DNA of 63,980 nucleotides, the filler included, from Diploschistes diacapsis (lineage: Eukaryota): the NCBI GenBank assembly GCA_023645945.1. It is 5 parts of 5 records of this genome, joined end to end, with 100 filler letters (N's around TTAATTAATTAA, not from the genome) between each part and the next. Parts side by side here need not be neighbours in the genome. Positions count along the whole stretch, not along the records: positions 51,511 to 63,980 come from JALAIB010000736.1; 4 more parts are not named here. One strand, written 5' to 3'. The notes under the pieces were generated by a model. That model saw nothing but the letters and a program-made list of their open reading frames with translations, was not told the DNA's origin and searched no databases. Position numbers and translations under genes: made by a program. Of the stretch, positions 51,511-61,800 are shown piece after piece. Within the stretch, counting starts at the first letter, position 1. Each line of letters opens with the position of its first letter.

Positions 51511-53143
51511 GCAGGGGAGTACAGGGTGGGGGTGTGCAGGAGGAGATTGACAATCGGAGGGGGAAGGTGAAGGACGAGTTATGAGAGGGGGTGTTGGTGC
51601 TGTATGAATATGGGTACTGGTGCGAGCACGAGCACGAGCAGATAGACGTGCTACATGGGCGCGCGCATGTCCGGGAGGCCTAGATCTTGTACAGCAAGCG
51701 TGGACACAAGAGACGCCTTTGGCTTGGGCCTTGACGTCTGTCTATCTGTCTTCATACGCCCATCACGCGCACGGGCTTTTTATCGCTTTTCCCTTTTCTG
51801 TGGCTTGTTGATAGATGGATAGATCGATCGATAGATGGCATATCACGAATTGATTTCCTGTGCTGCCCTCGGAGTACAACCAGTTGCATATCTGGTGTTC
51901 GCCCCTTGTTGCCCCTGTTTTGCGCTTCCATACCCCTTTTTTTCGGAACCCTACTTTGTAAAGTACCTTCCTCACCGCTTACGCTCGTGTACCCCTCCTC
52001 ACTCTTCGAATACTGTGCTGATGCCCGTTTAGGTACTAGGTAAGGTACCAGAGAAGTCCTGGGCTTCCACGCTTTTTCTCGAGGTGCAGGCTTATGGTCG
52101 TTGCGGAGCACCCACGAGTTGGAGTTGACAATGTTTTTGATACGACCTTGGTCAGTTGGAGGAAGTGCGAGGTCGAAAGGTTCGGGTTCATAGGTTGGGT
52201 TTTGGGTTGGTTGCGGCTTGGGAAGATTGAATGCGTCGTGCATTTCGGATTAATAGCCATTGAATTTGCAATATAAAAATTTTCTAGGGTTACGGCTGCA
52301 AGCAAGCGGGTACGTGATGCTTTAGGATTCTTTATGCGAATAACAACGGTCTACAACCTTTTTCGTCGTTCACCTTGTTGGATAGAAGCAAAAAGCAGCA
52401 ATGAGCCAAATAATGAAAAACTTTTTTGCGACTACCAGTATTACAAGTTTTACTTCTGTATGGGCTTATACCTCTCAGGTTTGGGTTCAAAAGGGATTCA
52501 AAGTTGATCTTGTCAGTTGTGTGGACTGTATTTGCCTCCATACCCACAAAACTGCTAACAGTTGGACACAGCTGTAGTAGGTATAAGGTGGTATCCTTTC
52601 CATGCGAGTCTGCGACATGCAACTTCTTCTGTTGGTGCTTGCTGAGCCCACCATATCATAGATTCATATACACACTACCGTGAGTTTCCAACATCCTACT
52701 TATTCCTCCACAAAAATCTTCTCATTCTCTCTCCCACCAAGCCTGCCGGCCTCCGTTCCTTTTCCTGTGTTTCATTTCATATCAGCACAACCATGGTCCA
52801 TGAAGCATTCCATACGGTAAGCTCCCTGTCATGGTCCAGGCCCGCCGCCTAACATGGAGGAGATCTCTATACTATTCCTATTTTTCTCGAATTTATAATC
52901 CCACCTAAGCGACTCGAATCCCCTTTTCGACCATTGCAGCCATGCATTGTATGAGTGAGCGCATTCATAATGCAATATGGCGTGAGAAGCTGCCAGGGTC
53001 CCCATGACTCCTCCTTCGACCAGTTATTTCCGTTATTAAGTTTGTTCCACCGCCAACCTCGATATTCTCCCCTTTTTGCCCTTTGTGCTTTCCTTAGGCT
53101 TGCTGTCACCGCCATGGATCGATAACGCTTCACCGTTGCAAAC

Positions 53144-55317
53144 ATGTCGATTCTCTTCTGCAAACGGCCAGACTACACAGCCAGGGGAGGGCAGGCCGTT
53201 AAGCAGGCCGAACTGCCAGAAATATGTGGAACGAGCAGCATGCAGCAATGCCGCAATACCGCAGGAGCTGTCATTCAAAAACGTGATGGAGGGAAAGACC
53301 ATGCCTCCATCCAGTCTCGTACGGACGAATGATACAAATCCACACCTCAACACACAGTGTTTCTTCGTGAGAGATTTAGCCGCTAGGAAATCACGTGATT
53401 GAAACTAGTGTCTATAATTGTGGGTACAGGCCCTTTCACGGTGATTATTGTACAGTAATGCGATACAAAACAACAGCATTCCTTCAATATCCTCGCTCAT
53501 TAAGCATTCCCGCCCACGGGGATCCATGGTTTCCCACAAAGAGGGCATACCCAGTCCTGGTTTTTGGGATCTGTGGGATCCTTCTTCACGCAGATACATT
53601 GCAGCCGCGGGTGAGGCAGCGGCGGGGAAGGCCGGCCTGTAACTGGAAGGGGGCCTCGGTCGTTTCGTCGCCCGCGTGTCGCCCGCGTGTGTAGAAACGC
53701 CAACGCAGGAAAGGATTATATGATCAAGGGCTGAGCCTGGTTAGGAAGGATTACTAGGCACTACTATATATGTTTGGAAAGATTAACGTCTTTCCCCAGG
53801 AAACGGAACACCCCACGAAGCGGAACACAATCCCTGCACCGTCGTATAATGTAGTTGAAAATAGATTTAGTTTCGTACAAATAATTTTATGTGTGGTTAT
53901 GGGGCTCAAAAGCTCGCTTAAAACCATCTAGCGTAATTACATTATAATGTCGTGTTCCGCTTCGTGGGGTGTTCCATTTCCTGGGGAAAGACGTTAACGG
54001 TTGATCGATTAAACGGTGATTAGTCAGGCCAGATAGTTTATCTATTAAAGATTAAAAATAGACTATTTGCTTAAGTTTTTTTAATAAAAATATTGCATAA
54101 ATATTGTATATTAATTAAATAATTAATCGGACCGTCTAATAGCCGGTTAATTACATTAATCATTAATCGTAGTTCAAGATTCTGCCATCACCATCACAAG
54201 CCAAGCGACTTTCACCCAAGTGGATGCCGGACGAGGCAGCTCCAGGCAACTTTTGAAGACGGAGGACGCCAAGGACATGTCGGCCTTTCTTTACGACGGA
54301 ACAGATGAGCCTGTGATGAGAGCCAACGCAACCAAGTCCGAGCAAGAGCGCTGTATGTCCATCATCAGAGCTTTTCTGTTCATCTTCATAATCATTAGCA
54401 TGCTGACTTATTGATCCCGAGTCCCTCAACAGCCCTTTCGAAAGGATATCACCCAGATCACCACTCACTACATCCTTCCATCCTCCCCTCGCGAACTCAA
54501 CCTCTCCCACAAGGATTGCTCAACGCTACTCAACGCTCTATCGCAAACCACTCACCCCAGCGCCTTCAGTTCCGTTCTTGAGCTGATAACTTCAATGCTT
54601 CGAAACCAATCTTATCCCAATTTCATGCGCGGGTCTCTCTAAAACGGAAACAAGCCACGAGTCCTCTTCCTCCGGAGTTTCGCAATGTGGTGGCTCGCCG
54701 TCTCCTTCGCCCTAGCAATCACTCTGATACTGAGCAACAAAAGCCGCTGGCTCCGGATCGTCATCCTCCCAGCAATGTGGTTTGGAATTACCAACATGGT
54801 CGCCCCAAGCAAGGGCCGCACACCCGAGAAGTCCACCCTTGGGAACTCGAGACGAAAGTCCACGGCGAAGACCCCAGCAAAGGCTTACTAGCCCGCAAGA
54901 AGGAAGGCAAGCGCTACAACAACAATAAAGACCAAAACTCGAAACTGATGAACCCCCCACCTGAAACCGCCCACGGTCGCCGGCTCAAACTACATCAACC
55001 TACCGTCGCCGCCTCTGGACCCCAAAGATCCGGACAAGAGCAGCAAGAATTGATTCGAGAGCGACATTGAGGCGCTCAGCACGCTCTATGGCTCCGCCCT
55101 GGGGGGCAAGATGTCGTCCTTTGGCCTGTCCAACGTCTTTTCGCACGAGCCATGGGTGCGGCGGTGGAAGATGAAGGGCTGGTGGTGGAAGCTGTCGCTG
55201 CGGAAGGTCTGGGTGTGCGAGGAGGGGCTGCGGATCATGCAGAATCGGATCGTGATTCAGGCAGAGCTCTGGGCGACGTTGATCATCGTGGTGTGTCCGG
55301 AGGTGGGGCTCTATTGA
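53144..55317 (+). pseudogene. Fungal RGS-domain membrane protein pseudogene disrupted by frameshifts and an inserted block containing a MITE
   Basis: MSILFCKRPDY/(shift)CQKYVER...IPQELSFKNVMEGKTMPP; later YILPSSPRELNLSHKD, QTTHPSAF, LRNQSYPNF, NGNKPRV, a TM segment ILSNKSRWLRIV, REVHPWE, and a C-terminal HEPWV...QNRIVIQAELW. Pieces lie in different frames. Confidence 0.7.
53786..53994. mobile_element. 209-bp MITE with 43-bp near-perfect TIRs, ACGT termini and TA flanks (pogo/Fot1-like)
   Basis: Left ACGTCTTTCCCCAGGAAACGGAACACCCCACGAAGCGGAACAC matches the right-end reverse complement with one mismatch. Homologous to the 29291 and 26567 copies. Confidence 0.93.
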
Positions 55318-55844
55318 TGGGGTGGGTGGAAAGGGGCTAGCGGAAAGCGCATGGATGGAGTGATGGAGGGGATGGAAGAGCGTTGTACGTACAAAAGTGC
55401 TTGTAAGGTTTGGGTGGTGGAGGAGGAAAGTTGCGGAGGCGGAGCAAGGGCGAGTGTTGGTGCTCGATTTGGCATTGCATGATTGCATGGCATTGCGTGT
55501 GTGGCGAGATTCTGATGTCCATAGTTTTTTCTTCTCTCCGCGATGATACCCGACTGTGACCGGTCACTGTTTTCCTGTTTGTGTCTGGGGTAGTTGTATC
55601 TAATATCTGCACCTAATTCATTTTATATATACTTACTTCTAAGCGACGACGGATCAGATATAAATCATTCAAGCCATTTACTTTCTCTATTTCGCTGCAC
55701 TCGTGCTCCTCTAGCGTAGAGCGCCACATTGCGGCCCTCAATCTGCCCCATTCAATAAAAACAGAATACTCCGTTGGCCATCGAGCACCTATTAGAAATC
55801 CTTTCTTGAACTTGCTGACTTGCAGAAGTTGCAAAGCTCATGGT

Positions 55845-55996
55845 CTTATCTTAGTAGCGCTCGGGAATCGGGAATCTTATCAACCAGTCCGATAAGCTTT
55901 TTTCCTCCTTTCCTTTATCTTTCGTTTCTTTGTCACCTTTCCTGCACTCTGCACTCTGTTGGCTGTCAACACAGCACGCTGAACCTATGCTTATCT
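55845..55996. promoter_or_regulatory. Cluster of five GATAA (HGATAR) motifs upstream of allantoinase; putative AreA/Nit2 nitrogen-regulation sites
   Basis: GATAA on either strand near 55845, 55877, 55891, 55915 and 55991. Purine catabolism genes are established GATA-factor targets. Confidence 0.5.
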
Positions 55997-56509
55997 GCAA
56001 TTTCAAACCCATGGGACTGTCCAGTCACTTGCTCTAGTCTACCCATCTTATTCCTCGGCCTTCATCGAGTAAGAGATCATCAGCATTTGGCCTCCCCCAG
56101 CGCTGCACATGATCAGCAGGAAGCATCTGAAGAATACCTAATGTTGCTACTAAGCAGTAGGGTAAGGCCGCCGCAGCGTAGGATACCTATGGATCATATC
56201 AATCAATGCGTTGTACCCCCCAAAGAGTTAACCTTGAGACGGGACTCTGGCCGAGTATCATGGCGTACAGTACTGTACTAAGTAAGGGCGGCTCTCTTTT
56301 CATCTGTTATCTCGTATTCTATCTGCAGTGCTTTCAGGCGTACATACAATCTGTTTTCATTGTTGTTGTGGTATTGGGGCTGTTGACAATTTCCCAACTC
56401 CTTCAAATATCCTACTTCTTTCAAACATCTGCTCGACTTCGTCTTTTGCTTTCTGGACACTTGAGGCACTGCTACTGTATTTCTTTTATGATATCAGGTA
56501 CATTCTAGA

Positions 56510-58145
56510 ATGGCGCTTGACCTGGAGCTTTCGAGCTGCGCATCCACGCTTTCGACGCCTTCATCCTCTGTCACTCTCTCTTCAGTATCGTCGCTAGAGG
56601 ACAACCCGATCGCGATCTTTGCGTCAGAACGAGCAGTGGTGTCAGGAAGGCTGACCGCTGCTACAATTGTCGTCTCCCTAGACTCCGGCAAGATCGCTGC
56701 GGTTCACCACACAGTCCTTCCCAAATCAGATTTTCCTCTAGGGACACCATACCAGGATTATACCCCCAACGTAATTCTTCCTGGGCTCGTGGACGCCCAC
56801 GTGCATTTGAACGAGCCTGGTCGGACAGAATGGGAGGGTTTCTACACCGGAACGCAAGCTGCAGCCTTCGGTGGCGTGACGACGGTGATCGACATGCCGT
56901 TGAATGCGATACCACCGACGACAACGGTACAGAACCTACAAGAGAAAATCAGCGCAGCACAGACCAAGTGCTGGGTCGACGTTGGATTCTATGGCGGGAT
57001 AATACCGGGCAATGGAAGAGAGCTGAAAGGCTTGGTGAGAGCAGGGGTCAGAGGATTCAAGGCTTTCTTGATCGATAGTGGCGTGCGCTGGGGACTTGTC
57101 TGAAACCTGAACTTTGATACTGACGGGTGAGTAGGTCGAAGAGTTTCCCGCAGTTTCCTCACTCGACATAGCCGAGGCGTTGACCGAGCTGGCCGACGAG
57201 CCCACAACGCTCATGTTCCATGCCGAGATGATACCCCCAATAACCGAGTCCGTTGGCGATGGCGTACAGCGGTCTCTCCCTCCTCTGGCGCCATCGAATC
57301 GTCTCGACGCATACAGTACATTCCTCGCCTCGCGTCCCCCGGCATTCGAGACCTATGCCATTGAGGAAATCCTGGCACTCGCTCATCTGGCCCCGAACCT
57401 CCCACTACACATCGTCCACTTGTCTACACTCGAGGCGATTCCCATCCTCCGAAAAGCCCGCGCGAAGGGCGTCAATATCACCGCAGAAACCTGCTTCCAC
57501 TATCTCTCCATCGCCGCAGAGACGATCCAGAACGGCGATACGCGCCACAAGTGCTGCCCCCCGATCCGCGAGCAGAGCAACCAGGACTGCCTCTGGGATG
57601 AGCTCACAGGAGCCAATTGCTGGGACAGCGTGATCAAAACAGTGGTATCGGATCACTCGCCCTGCACGCCCGAGCTCAAACTCCTCCCGCAGCATGCGGG
57701 TGGGGCGTTGGAGTCTAGCGAGACTGCAAAGAACGAAGGAAGCGTGGGCGACTTCTTCGCCGCCTGGGGCGGTGTATCCTCCGTTGGGCTGGGGCTCAGT
57801 ATACTGTGGACCGAAAGCAAGAAGCGGCACGAAGCTCTGGGCATAGAAGATATTGTACGCTTTTGCAGTACCAACACCGCCGCCCAGGTCGGTCTCTCGC
57901 ACCGCAAGGGCGATCTGGCCGTGGGATTGGATGCGGACATCGCGGTCTTCGATGTGGATGCCGAGTGGACGGTCGAGCCGAGCACGATGCTGTTCAGGAA
58001 CAAATGCTCTCCGTATCAGGGGAGGACATTGAAGGGGATGGTCAAGGAGACGTGGGTTAGGGGAAGGAAGGTGTATTCGAGGGAAGAGGGGTTCGAGGAG
58101 GGGAAACCGAGGGGGGAACTGTTGCTGGAGCCTCGGCGGCGATAG
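56510..58145 (+). CDS. DAL1: Allantoinase (amidohydrolase superfamily), 2 exons
   Basis: PGLVDAHVHLNEPGRTEWEGF, GGVTTVIDMPLN, CWVDVGFYGG, FLIDSG|VEEFP, MFHAE, AETCFHYL, HKCCPPIR, VVSDHSPC and AWGGVSSVG. Confidence 0.96.
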
Positions 58146-58871
58146 TATATGTTAGTAGACGATTGGGGTTCAGAGGCTTTGAGGGGTGGGCGATCCGCGG
58201 TCTGCGAAGGACTTTTATGAAAGCTTTTCATTCTGCTTCCTCGCTTATTGCTTAATTCAGTCTCTCTACATGAGCCGTCTGTGCGCTCGAGCTCAAGAAA
58301 GTGTGCGCCGGTATAGAGTAGATCAAGCACGAGATGTATGTTGTTGACGGTATCATTCTGTGACGTTGTCGTCACGTCATGATTTAAAGCCCCACAGGTA
58401 ATATACGGCAGATAGAGGGGGACCTCTTTTAGCAATTGCTTGTATGCAATGCTATTTTTTGTTGTAGGTCTGTGGTGGTATACTGTCTTCGTAACTGTAT
58501 CTGTTTTTATATAGCTTCCCATTGGGACAAATTTGCAACCAAAAGATGCCTGTGACCTAAGCTCCTTTATCCCCCGGCTCAAGCTTCTTGGCGCCCGGGT
58601 GAGCTTTGACCAATCACAGTAATCCATTCCGCCTCTTAGTAAGCTTTATGGCACCACACGGGGGCGAATCCAAGAATTAACCCTGCCTTGGCCTTTACCA
58701 AACTTCATTCCCTTTCACTACAGTGACCACAGCTGTTTCCATTCTATTGCAGATGGCTTTCCGAACCCTTCCCCTTGCGATGGATCCTCCAAACTGATAT
58801 TCTACTATCACATACGCCACAGCGCTCTCGCTCTCGCTCTCGCCCACGCTCGCGCATGTCTCAGAAACAGC

Positions 58872-61800
58872 ATGGGACAAACGTCTTTGCAAATCAACAT
58901 GGACACGCAGATGGATACACCGACCCAGAACAAGACCAACAGCGAGGACGGTGATGAAGAGGAGCAGTCAATGAGCCAAAGCCAAAGACACAGCCAGACC
59001 CTGGGTTCTTCATATCGCTCTAGCCGGAATCAGAGCCAGTGCGGTACCCCTACTTTGTGGGAGACATTATTGCAGGCGTCGCAGCAGGTGGTCGGTGAGA
59101 CCGAGGGCGGTGGGGAGGAGCTGTCAACGAGCCAGAGACACAGCCACAGCCAGACTCTGGGTCAAACACAATTGTCGAGCTGGAATCAAAGCCAGAACAA
59201 TACACCCAACTGGCGAGACAGACTGCAGCGGGCATCGCAGCAAACGGTTAAAGAATTATCACAGCGCTCGAGCCGAAATCAAAGTCAGCGCAGTACCCCC
59301 AACTTGCTGAACAGGTTACAACAGGCGTCGCAACAAGCAGTTAGAGATGCAGAGGCGAGCTTGAGGAAAGGTGACCCCATCAATAAGGATCAGTTCGAAC
59401 AGGCGGAAAGGGAGGGCATCGGTGGTAATGGTTGGATGTCTACTGATGTTGACGGTGCATTTCGAACGCTGGTTAGGAGAAGCGTGCGGGAGGGTGGAAC
59501 AAAGGCTTGGGTAGGAGACGAGGGAGAGAAAAAGGAGAATGCACAGTCCCTCGACGCTCTTGACAGCAAGAGATCTCGGAGCCGTAAGCGCAAAGGACAG
59601 AAGACGTTCGAAGAAAAGGAGACCCCACAACCATTCGATACCGCTTTCGGCATAGAATCCCGGAAACGCAAGCGCAAAGGCCACAAGATGCGGGCAGGCA
59701 AGGGAGATAGTACGCCCCATCCACAGTTCGGGAGATCAAATGCGCGCAAGCACGCCTCTCGTATGAGGTTCGGTGAAAGTGTGTTTCATTCGGAAGAGGA
59801 TTATCGAAAAAGTAGGACAAGCAAGTCAAAACGGAAGGAAAAGAAGAGAAACCAGGACTGGTCCTTCATGGATCTTGACGATGTTTCTCCACCTCTGTCT
59901 CCCAGTTCCCCTTGTCAATCCGAGCAAGACCAACAGGAGCCCATTCACCCCACAACCGGAATCTCCTCACTGTCGACTGTTCATCGTTCGGGGAAGGGCA
60001 ACGCAATGCACCCCTTGCAGCCCAGATCGCCAGCTCTAAACTCTTCTCAAATAAATGACCATGTCTCCATAGCGCAGCTTCTAGCCGGCTCCGACCCGAC
60101 GGAGTTGGGAGTAGAAGACATGAGCGTCAGCGCGCCGCCAAGAAGTCATCCCCTCGATGACTTATCCAGTGGTAACGAGGAGGCTGACGATCAAGACGAG
60201 GAATGGAATAGGGAGGCAGAGGACGAAAGAGCACTGAGAGGGGCACCGCAGCTGCAGACCGACTCTAACCTAACGGAGCTCGGGGTTGAAGACGCCAAGT
60301 TTAGCACGCTGTCGGGAAAGAATTCCCTTGATGACTCGTCCAGCGATAACGAGGCAGTGGGAAAGCAGAACGAAGTAGGGAGCTGGGAGTCAGAGGAAGA
60401 AAGAAGGCTGGAAGTGGCAGCGCAAGCCAAGAAGGTCCGTCACCCGCCAGAGGTAGATGCAGAAGAGCCACTCCACTCGCCGGATGAAGATGATGACGTA
60501 TATATGGATGGAGCGAGTGCTGGGCACGAAGAATATGCAGAATCCGGAGAGTTACTGGGGCAGAGAGATGGAGATGAGCTTGATACAGAGGGTGAGGCCG
60601 AACCAGGAAATCGAGATGTCGACGAGGAGAATGAGGCTGCTCGAAATGGTATTCGATCCGACCGCCCTTCGATTTTTGACGCGAGTTTTGCGTCAAATTT
60701 GGCCAATATCTTCAAATCCAAGTCCAAGCCGGCAGCGATGTCAAAGAACGTGCTATGGGACGAAAAAGCTCGTGATAATATTCGATATAACGGCTCTTCG
60801 ATTTTTGACGGGACTTTTGCGTCAAGTTTGGCCAATATCTTCGAATCTAGAACTCAGCCGGTACCGACGGCGGAAAACGTGCCGAGCGAGGAAGATGAGA
60901 GGACGACAGATGAGGCTACCGAGTCTGTTACGGGGCCAAATAGCCTACAATTCAAGCTGAAAAAGAGGAAGGGGAAGCAGCCACTGGTCAATAATGAATC
61001 CCAGGATAGTAGCGATGACCCCAGCAACAACCCCTTTGACAAAGCTTCGACACGGGCACGGATCAGGGCGGAGACCGAACGAGAGAAAAACCTGCGCCAA
61101 CTAATAGGCAGCGGACAACAACTACAATGCTCAACTTCGGGAAGACAGCCTCGAGATGGCCAGCACGCTCCGCTGACTGGTAGTGTTTCCGTGGCACTTC
61201 CAAGAGAGGCTCCTGCTCCTTCGACAGGCAAGAGAAAAAGGCCTTTGCACGCTAACGGACCGACTACCAATCCTACGCATGATAGTTATGCTGGCAGCAA
61301 TGCCGGAAAACCACCGAAGCGCAGCAAACTCAGCAAAAGTCTTAAAGCACCCAAGAACTATGTCCGCGACACTTCACCAAGTGACGAAGTGGGAAATACT
61401 ATCCCACACAAATCACCCGCTCCTGCCAGTTCATCACCTCCACAGCGATCAGCTTCACCGCAGCCGCGCTCTTTATCGCCTCGCAAATCGTCCAAAAAGC
61501 ACAAGCTTCCGACACTTTCGAGCACCATCCCCAGCCCTATGTCTGCGCGCCGCCGCGCGCCTCCAAAAAGCTGCGCGTATGTTATTAACAGTGATGAATC
61601 GGACATCGACGAGCAAACAGCGACTTCTCCAATAAACGACGACACCTCGGCCCCGAATCGAGATTCATCCTCGCCTGGCACAAAGCGGCTTCTCTACGTC
61701 TCCATTTCCCCTGTCGCGTCTCATCGAAAACATCACCCCATTGTCCCCAAACCACAACGCAGAACTAAAAATGCGAGCGCCGTCAACCCTTACCTATACA

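Noticed and set aside
51511..51700. Continuation of the F-box gene after the spacer
   Set aside because: The spacer joins apparently unrelated contigs, and the downstream sequence shows no convincing coding continuation.
51752..52243. 163-aa - strand ORF as a gene
   Set aside because: No recognisable domain and it runs into simple repeats (GATA/GATC); cannot be supported without expression or homology data.
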